Shown piece by piece: positions 7,747 to 17,336 of a DNA stretch of 39,458 nt. Origin of the DNA: Fibrobacteria bacterium (GTDB lineage: Bacteria > Fibrobacterota > Fibrobacteria > UBA11236); the NCBI GenBank assembly GCA_041746255.1, contig JBGTHM010000124.1:1-39458 (forward strand), given 5' to 3'. The notes under the pieces are model-generated. The model was not told the origin of the DNA. It saw only the letters and a program-made list of their open reading frames with translations, and ran no database searches. Numbering within the stretch: position 1 is the first letter of the stretch; each line of letters starts with the position of its first letter. The position numbers and the translations under genes were made by a program.

Positions 7747-10700
7747 TTACCTGGAAATCAGCAGGGTATTTCGTTTCGACGAAGTACGCCTGCGGTCCCG
7801 GTTGTAACCATTCTGAGCCTCGGTGGCTGTGACCTCATAGAAATAAACCCCGTTGGCCAGACGTTTCCCCCAGGAATCACGGCCATCCCAGCGGGTTTTG
7901 CCCGACTCCGCTTTTTCCAATACCTGCACCAGCTTACCCGATTGGTTGAAGATGCGGATTTCGCTGGATAAAGCGCCGGTGGTGGGTTCCTGAAAAATCT
8001 CCCCGGCATCCGCATACAGAACCGTCGAGAAATAAAACGTGGTGGTTCCCTGCTTGAGGGGGTTAGGCACGTTGTAGGCTCTTACTAACGACAGCGCACT
8101 GTCCACATGCATGTTGAGACGAAGCTCTCGCTGGCTATAATTGCCGTACCCATCCCGGGCCGAAATCTTGAGCAAATGCCGACCGGGTTTTAATGTTCTT
8201 TCATCCAAAGTGAGCTTAAAGCTCTTGAATTGTAATTCATCTACGCGGGCCACCGGATGAAAGGGCTCAAGGCTTCCGGGAATCTCCATAGTGGTACCTT
8301 CATCGGGACCTTCTCCGCTCATAACACCGCCAACCTCATCTCGCACCTGCACTTCCAGGCAATAAGGCAACGGTAAAGAAACTTCGGAAGGAAAATCCTC
8401 ATTAGCCGTTTGCTGCACATCACAACCCGTAACCACGATTTGCGGCCCTTTTCCGTCGTCCGCGTCGCGACAACCGGTTTCGGCAGTGCCCTTGACATGC
8501 AGATCGAAAATCGCCTCTCCCCCTTCGGCCTCGCGGGAACCGTCCCAGGCGAAAGCCAGGATTTTGGCGGTGGAGTCACCATAGGGGATGCGCTTGGGAA
8601 TCAGATAGTCCATGGAAAAGCGCCCATTCTCGAAAGGTACGGTGCCCTCGAATAGAATATTTCCACGCTTGTTGGCTTTTTGAATGGTGATGCCACCCTC
8701 TTGTGGATATTCCTTGAATATATCCCCACCCAATATTTTCAGGTTAATGAAACCTCGACCGCTTCCCCCTTCGACTTTCCCGGTTATGGCGCCACAGTCC
8801 AAAGCCTGTAAGGTATCGGGAGTAGATTCCAGCGAGACCTTGACCTTGGGCTTCCGGATGAGCAGCACCGGCTCGCCGAGCAAGGCGTATTTTTGGTCGT
8901 TACGATTCGCGTCCTGGGTTTCGTTTTTGCCCTCGCGATAAGCTTCACCCACCGTTACGGGTACTGCAGCATCGCCAGGCGGGAATAAACGAGTATATAT
9001 GGCCATCGCCAGGTTGATGTTTTCATTGGGATAGGATTCACGGGATGCCGAGATGGCCGCAATGGCACCGATTCCCTTGGCTTTGATGAATCTCTCGCTC
9101 ATACCCTCACCCGAGAGCTGGTCGAAACGACCCACCGTGCAGGAGAAGGAATTGAGCAGCATGTAGCGACCCCGATTATCCATGCGCGCCAAGGCATCAC
9201 GGGTGCGCATCAATCCCTCATCAGCCCAGACATCCGATGAACCATGTCCCACATAGTTTATCATCACGGCTCCCCGATTGATTAACGTGAGCAGGTCTTG
9301 CGCCGCATCCGGTTTTAGAAAGGATGAATTGGGCTCGTAGTCGAGGAGATAAACTTTTTCCAGGGTTATGGAAGGTTCGTTGGCCTGAATCGCTTCCCCC
9401 AAATTCTCCGTATCATTGGTGTGACCCCGGGTTATCTTGTCGAATTCCTGCCGCTGCCTTCCGTCATCCGCCGCCAATACGACCCGGCTGCGCCACTCTC
9501 CCGCCTGGGTTGGATCCTCGAATTCTTTCAATTTTTCAAGATAGTTTTCCGTTTCCTGGCTTGAGGCCATTGGAAGTCTTCCCAGGCTCACATCCAATTG
9601 CGCATTGCTGGTAAAAATCGAATCGCTCAATACCGCAAAAAAATCGTCGGAATTCATTCCACCGATGCTGGAATTATCACTGCTGAAACCTCCTACCCAA
9701 AACTGGAAGGTGGGAATGCGAATGGGATTGGCTGCGGATCCCCTGCTCATTCCAGCGGATTTGATACCGCGATAATCATAATGGCCATCGCCGAACAACA
9801 GCACGTGCTGCAATGGACTTTGTACCGCCCCCTGCCCGCTCCATTCACTCACCGCCCATCGTAAAAAATCCCGTATCGCCACGGGAGACAAGCGCCCACC
9901 CGAATACTCGCGGTAAATATCCTCTGCGCGCACCACCGCCGTACGCAGGGGCACAGCCCGCTTCGAATCGTTCCGGTAATCGCGCAGCTTAAGCGCCTCT
10001 GCGAGCAAAGCCTGGGGTGCGATTATCAGGTACTCCGGATTGGTTCCATCGCCTGTTTGCAGGTTCGCGATGGCTCCACCCGAAACGGGTTTGATTTCCA
10101 ATGCCAATCTTTCACTTTGTGCTTTGAGTAAATCCGCATCGCGATACACGAAATAATATGCATCCTGTTGCAAACCCAGGCTATCGGTGAACACCCCGCC
10201 CGCCACCGCCAACTCGACCTCGGCCACACCGTCGCTTATGCGAAGCACTTTCAATCCATCCGGATTTTCCAACCGATAGGAGACCGATTTTGCGAATTCG
10301 GTGGGGAAAATGCGAAAGGCGCGGCCGACATGCGCATGGCTTCTCCGATAAAGCAAGGAATACCCTTCCAAACGGTATTTGCTTCCGCTCCATAAAAGGG
10401 AGTCCAATAAGAAGGAATTGCTCTCAGGCAGACGGTTCCGTAAAATAAAATAGGTTCCATTTGCCTGATGCCCGGTGCCGAGGGTATCCAATTTCAGGCC
10501 CTGGGCATAAGGCTGGAAGGTGTCATCGCGAGCAGGGGGAAAAGAGTAGAATCCCACCAGCACCGAGTCGTTTTGATAGGCTTCCAGTGCTTGCATTTGC
10601 ATACTGGACAATTGATTTCCGGTTAATACCGTATCTCCGGATCCGCCTTTACACGAACCCTTCCAATGCCAATACCATTCCTTATTGGTTTCGGTATCTT

Positions 10701-11904
10701 TATGACTCGAAGGATCGCATTGCGCCGTCTCCAAATCCCGCTCGGCCCGCCTATAGCTGTAGCTCGAATTCAGGGGCGTCCCCACGGCCGGGCGGTTGCT
10801 GGTTTGTAAACGCAGACCTTGCCCCGCAGCGAAGTCCAGAAAATAGTGGTTTTCGAAGCTGTAGGGATCGATCCGATATTCATATAACACCGGGCCCGCG
10901 GCCGAATCCACACGCTCCCACCGGCTGGTGCCATGGGCAAAAAACCGGACGGCATCGCCTGCGTCAAAGGTCTGGTTGTTGTTGCGATCCAACACCGTGA
11001 GGGGAATCTCACGCAAATTACCGGCTCGCGGAGGCCCGGAAAATTGCGCGGGCAGTGAATCGGAAGGGCCGGTAAACAGCTTCAGATTCGCAATGGGTAC
11101 ACCGGCGATATCGGGCGTCAAGGCAAGGAGGCTGGCGTATTCCAGTTCATACACCCCGTCCTCCACCAGGCTTTCCACATCACGATCCCCAACGGTGATG
11201 CGGATGGAACGGGCTCCCAGTTGCGTGGCGGAACGGGCGCGCTTGGCCGCGACGCGCGGCGGCGGCGAGTAGAGGTACCGGCCGCCGTCGGGATTGGCGA
11301 TGGCGGAAGTAAAGCTCTGGGGCAGTCGGGCGCCGGCTCGGCTATAGGGCTTAGGAAACGTGAAGGTGACATGGATGCGTTTCAGGGAAGTGAGTTCCCG
11401 CTTCTGTTCATCCCATAAGGCAAGGGGAAATTCCACGCTCCGAACAGGAATACCGCGTAAAGGCCTCTCCGACCCGATACGCGCCTGCCATTGCGCCGCC
11501 GCCTGATAGAGGGCCGGGTCTTTCCGATACTCCGCTGTTTGCGGAGAAAGATAATGCGGAACCGGGCTTAGGCCCTCGGGAAGAAGATTGATTTCGGTTT
11601 CTAAAATACGGACATTTACTTGGGGCTCGTTTTCGCCATCAGCGATGATATTGAATCGCGTAACGGGTAAATCCGGCGCGCCGGCTCTTAATTCACTTCG
11701 GCAACCCCTGCAACGCGCTACCAAGCCCTCCTTCGCGCTATCCTGACTCATTGCAGGCACGAGCACTTCCACCACCAGACGGTTGGGAGCATCTTCCAAC
11801 ACCCGGTAGGAAGCGACTGCTTTCTCGGCCGGGAATAAAACCCATAGGGGCAGGCAGAGACTCAAAAACTTGAGATAACGGCAGGTAGCTTGGCGCTGGT
11901 ACAT
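7747..11904 (-). CDS. porU: PorU-like T9SS sortase (peptidase C25) with a C-terminal FlgD-Ig/CTD
   Basis: 1385 aa with a signal peptide. Motifs EYLIIAP, IYREYSGG..SPVAIRDF, LLFGDGHYDYR, SDDFFA, GRLP; catalytic NYVGHG and SCTVGRFD; YALLGEP; C-terminal NVPNP...WDGRDSWGKRLANGVYFY. Confidence 0.85.
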   Translation of the reverse strand: MYQRQATCRYLKFLSLCLPLWVLFPAEKAVASYRVLEDAPNRLVVEVLVPAMSQDSAKEGLVARCRGCRSELRAGAPDLPVTRFNIIADGENEPQVNVRILETEINLLPEGLSPVPHYLSPQTAEYRKDPALYQAAAQWQARIGSERPLRGIPVRSVEFPLALWDEQKRELTSLKRIHVTFTFPKPYSRAGARLPQSFTSAIANPDGGRYLYSPPPRVAAKRARSATQLGARSIRITVGDRDVESLVEDGVYELEYASLLALTPDIAGVPIANLKLFTGPSDSLPAQFSGPPRAGNLREIPLTVLDRNNNQTFDAGDAVRFFAHGTSRWERVDSAAGPVLYEYRIDPYSFENHYFLDFAAGQGLRLQTSNRPAVGTPLNSSYSYRRAERDLETAQCDPSSHKDTETNKEWYWHWKGSCKGGSGDTVLTGNQLSSMQMQALEAYQNDSVLVGFYSFPPARDDTFQPYAQGLKLDTLGTGHQANGTYFILRNRLPESNSFLLDSLLWSGSKYRLEGYSLLYRRSHAHVGRAFRIFPTEFAKSVSYRLENPDGLKVLRISDGVAEVELAVAGGVFTDSLGLQQDAYYFVYRDADLLKAQSERLALEIKPVSGGAIANLQTGDGTNPEYLIIAPQALLAEALKLRDYRNDSKRAVPLRTAVVRAEDIYREYSGGRLSPVAIRDFLRWAVSEWSGQGAVQSPLQHVLLFGDGHYDYRGIKSAGMSRGSAANPIRIPTFQFWVGGFSSDNSSIGGMNSDDFFAVLSDSIFTSNAQLDVSLGRLPMASSQETENYLEKLKEFEDPTQAGEWRSRVVLAADDGRQRQEFDKITRGHTNDTENLGEAIQANEPSITLEKVYLLDYEPNSSFLKPDAAQDLLTLINRGAVMINYVGHGSSDVWADEGLMRTRDALARMDNRGRYMLLNSFSCTVGRFDQLSGEGMSERFIKAKGIGAIAAISASRESYPNENINLAMAIYTRLFPPGDAAVPVTVGEAYREGKNETQDANRNDQKYALLGEPVLLIRKPKVKVSLESTPDTLQALDCGAITGKVEGGSGRGFINLKILGGDIFKEYPQEGGITIQKANKRGNILFEGTVPFENGRFSMDYLIPKRIPYGDSTAKILAFAWDGSREAEGGEAIFDLHVKGTAETGCRDADDGKGPQIVVTGCDVQQTANEDFPSEVSLPLPYCLEVQVRDEVGGVMSGEGPDEGTTMEIPGSLEPFHPVARVDELQFKSFKLTLDERTLKPGRHLLKISARDGYGNYSQRELRLNMHVDSALSLVRAYNVPNPLKQGTTTFYFSTVLYADAGEIFQEPTTGALSSEIRIFNQSGKLVQVLEKAESGKTRWDGRDSWGKRLANGVYFYEVTATEAQNGYNRDRRRTSSKRNTLLISR

Positions 11905-11999
11905 CTATAGGGGTCTCCGGGGAGATTCAGGCCCTATATAGTACAAAAGTGGGTATAGGCTAAGGTACCCAGCCCGTCCGACCCAGGTCATTCGCGTAG

Positions 12000-12908
12000 T
12001 TAAGGCCAGAGAAAATAAGCGCCCGCGGTGGCCTTGGTCTCCATGGCCTCCTTGGTTTTTCCCCATGGAAGGGCCGCCACCAGAAATTCGCTCCACCAGG
12101 GCTTGGCGGGAGGCTCTTCTACAATCAGGGGATCGGGAGCCAAATCGGTGAGCGCGGCCAAATAGGCCGTAGCTTCGCGCAGACCTCCCAATGTATCGGC
12201 CAAACCGGCAGAGACGGCTTGACGGCCTGTCAGTATGCGGCCGTCGGCAATGGCCAAAAGACTATCCCGATCGATTTTACGGTTGGCGGCTATGTCATCG
12301 ACAAATTGTATTTGGATACCATCTACCACTTCCTGTAAATAAGCCAACTCACGTGGAGACGGTGGCCGGGATACGTTGCCCACATCCTTCAGCCCTCCGC
12401 TTTTAATGGTGTGCATATCGACTCCAACCTTGTTCAGCAACTCTTGGGCGGTGACGAATTGGAAGATGACGCCGATGCTGCCCGTCAAGGTACCCGCATT
12501 GGTGAAAATCTTCTCGCCCGCCAAGGAGATATAATACCCGCCCGATGCAGCCAGGTTTCCCTGACTCACGATAAGGGGGATTTTTTTTTCTTCCCGCAAT
12601 CTCAGCAAGGCGGATAACACTTCCTGCGAGGCGCCCACGGCGCCTCCAGGAGATTCGATGCGGACCAGCACACCCTTGTTGTTAGGGTTTTCCGAAATGC
12701 GCCGTATGCTTCGCAAATAGGCTTCCGGAGACATGATGGGGCCCTCTATCCGGAGAATGGTTATATGGGGCCGACGTTCCTTTACGGAAGTATCGGTGCG
12801 CATTTGCCCAATATTTCCGATAAGGCTAACCACGCCATAGGCGAAAAGAAAAAACGACGCAATCGCGATGAGACCTACTACGGCAAAAATTTTCAAGAAT
12901 CTACTCAT
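12000..12908 (-). CDS. sppA: Signal peptide peptidase SppA (36K type, S49)
   Basis: VRIESPGGAVGAS, AASGGYYIS, TGSIGV, KSGGLKD and DGRILTGRQA; N-terminal TM helix. Confidence 0.93.
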   Translation of the reverse strand: MSRFLKIFAVVGLIAIASFFLFAYGVVSLIGNIGQMRTDTSVKERRPHITILRIEGPIMSPEAYLRSIRRISENPNNKGVLVRIESPGGAVGASQEVLSALLRLREEKKIPLIVSQGNLAASGGYYISLAGEKIFTNAGTLTGSIGVIFQFVTAQELLNKVGVDMHTIKSGGLKDVGNVSRPPSPRELAYLQEVVDGIQIQFVDDIAANRKIDRDSLLAIADGRILTGRQAVSAGLADTLGGLREATAYLAALTDLAPDPLIVEEPPAKPWWSEFLVAALPWGKTKEAMETKATAGAYFLWP

Positions 12909-13035
12909 ATTCCGCCAACCCTTTTCAATTCAACAAGTCGCAATCCATGGGCATATAGATAAAAAATATGTGCGCGCCTGTGAAAAAATCAGGGCACTCG
13001 TACCCGAGGCGGGAAACAGGATTGTGCGAATGGGA

Positions 13036-15264
13036 TTATTGGACGCGGATGCGAACGCCGGGTTTCAGTACCCGGGGTAAATCCTCGTTCAACTGCCGCA
13101 ATTGTTTAACGCTGCTGTTGAATCGAACGGAGATATCCCACAAGGTGTCGCCTGATTTTACCGTATAATAGGTCGCCTCATCAGCACGTGGCCGGGTTTC
13201 ATTACGGGCCACGATAAGCCGATCACCGGGATGTATGGGGGTGTCGGCGGAAAGGCCATTCAAATCCAGAATGGCCTGTTGGGTGGTATCATGCAAGCGG
13301 GCAATCAAGTATACCGATTCGCCGGACTTAACCTCATGGACTCTGGATGGTTCCGAAATGCGCGCCCCCTTTTCGGGCGCACCGGCCTGTGCCAAATAAC
13401 GCAATTTCCGGCCTGCCTGGATAACGTCACCTTGCATTCCGTTCCAGGCTTTCAGTTCGTCAACTGTGACATTCAATTGGCGGGCAATTGAGTAAAGGGT
13501 CTCACTTGGTTTGATGCTATGCTCCAGAAACTTGCCTTCGGGCGATCCCGACTTTGCCGTAACCGGGGGAGGCGAGACTTTTACCGAGGCATTGTCCGGA
13601 GCCGAAGCAGGTTGAGGCGCTGTCGCCACCGAACTACTTTCGGCTAATTTCAATTTTTGTCCCGGCTTTATTACCGATTTTCGTGTCAGCCCATTTGCGT
13701 TCAAAAGATCGGCGAAGGAAATTTTCAGTTTTTGAGCGATGTCGAAAAGATTATCACCTGGTTTTACCGTATAGGTTCCACCTGCAAACCGGGGTACCGG
13801 AGCGCTTTTCGATTCCGTGGCCTCCGCCACCGCGACTGCGGACTCCGGTGACATGGGTATGATTAAGACTTGACCCGGTCGGATTACATTACTGTTGAGT
13901 TTATTGGCCGTCCGTATCGCCGCTACCGACGTATTGTATTTTTTCGAAATCAAACCGAGGTTTTCCCCTCGAAGAACGCGGTGTTGATGCCAACTCGCCA
14001 GTTTGTCTTTGTCGAGAGCCTCATAATTCGCCAAAAAAGTTTCTCGCGTGCCCGGAGGTAAATTGACGATATGGCTGGAACGATTAGGTGGGCTGCACCA
14101 TCGACGCAAGGCGGGGTTCAATTCGATAATGGTATTTTCAAGGGCTCCCGCAGCTTGGGCAATGGTCTTAATCGAAAGACAATGTTCAATTTTAGCCGTA
14201 TCGTAAACCAAGGGAGGAGCCGGATCGTCTATAGTGAATCCGTATTTTTCCGGATCGTGGCCGATAATCATGGCCGCCAGGATTTTCGGCACATAATAAC
14301 GCGTTTCCCGGGGCACCGGCATATCCCAATAGGTGCGCGTGGGATCTTCCGCCAGATAGCGGCGGATACGTCCCTCACCGCAGTTGTATGCGGCCATGGC
14401 CATATACCAATCGCCGAATTCAGCATGGAGGTCCTTTAAATACCTTATCGCGGCATCGGTAGCATGAGCGGGATCGCGGCGCATATCAATCCACCAATCA
14501 TCGTGCAGGCCATAACGTCGCCCGGTACCGCTGATGAATTGCCATAGACCGCTGGCAGATGCCGTAGACCAAGCCTTGGGATTGAATCCGCTTTCAATCA
14601 TGGAAAGGTAAAGCAAATCCTTGGGCATACCCGCCGCCTCCAGTTTTTCATGGAATAGCTGTTCATAACGGGAGCGCCTATTCAACCATTTGGAAAAATA
14701 GCCGCGACCGGGACCGGTGAAAACCGCGATAGCCTGCAATATCCGCGGGTTGAGCGGTAATTCAAGTGGAAGGTCATACGATGAAACATTGATATTCTCT
14801 GCCAACGAATCGGCCGTTTCCGTGGCGGAGTCGGGCATACGCTCCATGGAATCGTCGAAATAGGCAGACCAGGGGACGGGTTCACCCATGAGGCTCGATT
14901 GGGCCACGGCATGGAGCATCAGGGTTTTCAGGCTATCGCGATAAACCGCCAGCGCCGTCCGGCTCCCATCCTTGAGGGAGTCGGAGGTTTCCAGTAGAAT
15001 GACTTGCACCATCGCGCTGTCAAGACGTTCCCCGGCCTCGAACCAAAGGGAGTCTTGTAAATTTTCGACCCCCGCCTGCAGATGTTCTTCCAAGTCTGCG
15101 AACAACAGCTTATCTTCCGGCGCGATAAGTTCGAGCAGAAGCGCGCCCGAAGCGATTTTCCCGGGACCGGAAACCCCAACAGACTCTACGGCGGGTCCCA
15201 ATTTTTGGGGACCCGAACATCCCCAAAAGGAGATGATTGCGAAGAAGCAGTAGAACCTGATCAT
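13036..15264 (-). CDS. mltD: MltD-like lytic transglycosylase lipoprotein with five LysM domains
   Basis: SLT motifs IESGFNP, GLWQF, AAYNCGEG and ETRYYVPK; five LysM repeats; FWGC lipobox-like site. Confidence 0.9.
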   Translation of the reverse strand: MIRFYCFFAIISFWGCSGPQKLGPAVESVGVSGPGKIASGALLLELIAPEDKLLFADLEEHLQAGVENLQDSLWFEAGERLDSAMVQVILLETSDSLKDGSRTALAVYRDSLKTLMLHAVAQSSLMGEPVPWSAYFDDSMERMPDSATETADSLAENINVSSYDLPLELPLNPRILQAIAVFTGPGRGYFSKWLNRRSRYEQLFHEKLEAAGMPKDLLYLSMIESGFNPKAWSTASASGLWQFISGTGRRYGLHDDWWIDMRRDPAHATDAAIRYLKDLHAEFGDWYMAMAAYNCGEGRIRRYLAEDPTRTYWDMPVPRETRYYVPKILAAMIIGHDPEKYGFTIDDPAPPLVYDTAKIEHCLSIKTIAQAAGALENTIIELNPALRRWCSPPNRSSHIVNLPPGTRETFLANYEALDKDKLASWHQHRVLRGENLGLISKKYNTSVAAIRTANKLNSNVIRPGQVLIIPMSPESAVAVAEATESKSAPVPRFAGGTYTVKPGDNLFDIAQKLKISFADLLNANGLTRKSVIKPGQKLKLAESSSVATAPQPASAPDNASVKVSPPPVTAKSGSPEGKFLEHSIKPSETLYSIARQLNVTVDELKAWNGMQGDVIQAGRKLRYLAQAGAPEKGARISEPSRVHEVKSGESVYLIARLHDTTQQAILDLNGLSADTPIHPGDRLIVARNETRPRADEATYYTVKSGDTLWDISVRFNSSVKQLRQLNEDLPRVLKPGVRIRVQ

Positions 15265-15346
15265 ATTTTGTTTTGCGGTTGCGCCTTAGTGATATGGGGT
15301 GGTGGCGCTGACTTCCCCCTTAGATATTATTGCCAAAAACCTCTTG

Positions 15347-15386
15347 CACCGCCAGCAATTCCGACGGAATCCGGTCGCTGGCGGTG
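15347..15386. terminator. Stem-loop downstream of the small acidic ORF
   Basis: CACCGCCAGC (15347-15356) and GCTGGCGGTG (15377-15386) form a perfect 10-bp inverted repeat enclosing ATTCC-GAC-GGAAT. There is no immediately adjacent U tract. Confidence 0.4.
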
Positions 15387-15399
15387 AGGATGGAACAAA

Positions 15400-15609
15400 T
15401 TATTCCTCAAAATCCAAATCTTCGGCATAGTCATTCCACATATCCCCTTTTTTGAATTTGGGATTGTCGAAGTCGACTTCCTCGTTTTCTTCATCGTCAT
15501 CATCCTCCTCAGCGGCGTCATCTTCGCTTTCGAGGGGTTCCAGGTCGTCGAAATCATCATGTCTGGGTCTCCTGCCTGCTAGCCAGGTGACCTCTTTATA
15601 GGCACTCAT
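15400..15609 (-). CDS. Small, very acidic protein (69 aa)
   Basis: GGAGG SD before the ATG, its own promoter and a downstream hairpin; 29 of 69 residues are D/E. Confidence 0.7.
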   Translation of the reverse strand: MSAYKEVTWLAGRRPRHDDFDDLEPLESEDDAAEEDDDDEENEEVDFDNPKFKKGDMWNDYAEDLDFEE

Positions 15610-15646
15610 TTGAGCCCTCCCAAATCAAAAATCGCTAAGTTTTGCA

Positions 15647-15674
15647 AATATATCTCGGACAACCCAATTGTCAA
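15647..15674 (-). promoter_or_regulatory. Putative sigma-70 promoter for the small acidic ORF
   Basis: TTGACA-N16-TATATT on the minus strand. Confidence 0.55.
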
Positions 15675-15696
15675 GCAAATTATGCCGGTTTGGGTG

Positions 15697-15735
15697 CAAA
15701 ACCCCGGTCAATTCAAATTAAGGAGCCGGGTTTTG
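15697..15735 (-). terminator. Imperfect inverted repeat after the signalling operon
   Basis: CAAAACCCCGG...CCGGGTTTTG just after the stop at 15747. Confidence 0.3.
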
Positions 15736-15746
15736 ACCAACCGTAA

Positions 15747-17336
15747 CTACTCCTTATTTACAAATTGCACCGGAAAAGAAACGGGTAAATCGCCTCCGGA
15801 AAACGGCCTGAACCTCCACTTTTTAACATTCCGCAGGATTTCCGCTATGAAAACCGGTTGAGTAACCGTACTCCGCTCGGTAACGATGCGGGCATCCCGT
15901 ACCTCTCCCGAGGGTTGTATGATAATACGAATCGTGAGGTTTCCTTCAAAAACCTCGCCTTTCCTGAGCCAAGTCTGATAGATGAATTCCAACTCTCTCC
16001 GATTGCCCTGTATCGTCGACTGCACCGCGTCTCGACGCAAGGGGTCGGCGACTTTAAGAACCGCCTTCGGTTTTGCGGTTTTCACCTGTGCCATCGTCTC
16101 CGGCCCCTTCAATCCAACTACCAGCGCCTCCGCATCCAAGGAGCGGCCGCCGGCCTCCTTCACACCCCGCAAATCCGAAATATCCACGGCATCGAAATTC
16201 GACGTTCCGGCCGCCGGCATTCCGTCGGCCAAGGAGTCGGACCATCCCGCCACCCTGGCCGTAACCGCGCGCTTTTCCGGTAAATGAATATTTTTAAGTT
16301 GGTTGATAAAAGAGAAATCCTCGTATTCTTCCACCCTTTTCATGGCCGTTTGTACCATGGCCGTATCGTTCGAATAGAGTCTCCCCATCAAGTACATGCG
16401 TCGGTTGGCCCGCTTCGCCCATTGCGATGCGGGATGCCGAGCCATGATTTGCCGGTATTGGCCCAAGGCCTCCTCTTCGCGTCCCAATTCTTCCTGGGAT
16501 CGTCCCAGTAAATACATGGCTTCCAACGTATTGCCTTTATCCCCCTGGGGATCGATTACGAATTCACCCAGCATCCGTATGGCCTCAAGATAATTGGCCA
16601 ACCTATACATTTCCCTTGCCGCCTGGAATGGCCCAAGATTACGAGTTTGAGCCACCTTTATCCTATCCTGTAGACTCAAAATGCGCGCTATCAACTGGGT
16701 TGCCACTCCCGACTCCCGGCTTCCGGAAGCAACCGAGTGAACTTTCCGCAGTTCTTCTACAGCTCCGGAGTGATCTCCCAGCATGCTTTTACAAAACCCC
16801 ATATGGAGAAGCATGGTCGCATGGAGTCCGCTATTTCCCGTCACCTGGCCACGCACCCTTTCATAGATCTCCAGGGCCTGTTCGTATTTACGGCCACGTT
16901 CGTAAGCATAAGCCAATTCCAATTCCCGGATACTGGCCTGAGGCAGATGGATGATACGATTTTCCTTGCCCAGCAACCAGCGGACAAAATTGATTACTTT
17001 GCCGATTACTATGTGCTGAAGCGATTCGATTCGTTCCTCCCCCACAAGGTAATCGGTGGAAAAGGCTTGCAGTTTCATCTCCAACAACGATTCATCCACG
17101 TCGGGCAAATCTGTTCTTTGCTCAATCATTTCGAAACGTGCAAGCATGGTGAGCGAATGGTTGTGGTTCTGGTTCCGGGAAAGCTCCTCCATTCCGCGGT
17201 CATATTCAAGCATCCGGTACCGGATGATGGCATCGTTGGTATATAAACTGAGGAAGAGCAGGATAAGTATGAATACGAAAGGCTGGATGATATACCAGAA
17301 ATTGGCCAGACGACCGACTTGAGAGGAGGAGGCCAC
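15747..17336 (-). CDS. Membrane-anchored TPR protein with a C-terminal TonB-C-like (AgmX/PglI-type) domain
   Basis: N-terminal TM helix; TPR helices (LELAYAYE..RKYEQAL, AMYLLGRSQEELG); C-terminus IYQTWLRK...EGNLTIRIIIQPSGEV...VKKWRF...VSFPVQF. AAAGGA SD before the GTG. Confidence 0.75.
   Translation of the reverse strand: MASSSQVGRLANFWYIIQPFVFILILLFLSLYTNDAIIRYRMLEYDRGMEELSRNQNHNHSLTMLARFEMIEQRTDLPDVDESLLEMKLQAFSTDYLVGEERIESLQHIVIGKVINFVRWLLGKENRIIHLPQASIRELELAYAYERGRKYEQALEIYERVRGQVTGNSGLHATMLLHMGFCKSMLGDHSGAVEELRKVHSVASGSRESGVATQLIARILSLQDRIKVAQTRNLGPFQAAREMYRLANYLEAIRMLGEFVIDPQGDKGNTLEAMYLLGRSQEELGREEEALGQYRQIMARHPASQWAKRANRRMYLMGRLYSNDTAMVQTAMKRVEEYEDFSFINQLKNIHLPEKRAVTARVAGWSDSLADGMPAAGTSNFDAVDISDLRGVKEAGGRSLDAEALVVGLKGPETMAQVKTAKPKAVLKVADPLRRDAVQSTIQGNRRELEFIYQTWLRKGEVFEGNLTIRIIIQPSGEVRDARIVTERSTVTQPVFIAEILRNVKKWRFRPFSGGDLPVSFPVQFVNKE

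Noticed and set aside
13036..14000. Repeated units in the 3' half of mltD
   Set aside because: They are ordinary protein-level LysM repeats.
15480..15565. (TCA/TCG/TCC)n low-complexity tract as a tandem repeat or array
   Set aside because: It is explained by Asp/Glu codons on the minus strand and has no repeat-spacer periodicity.
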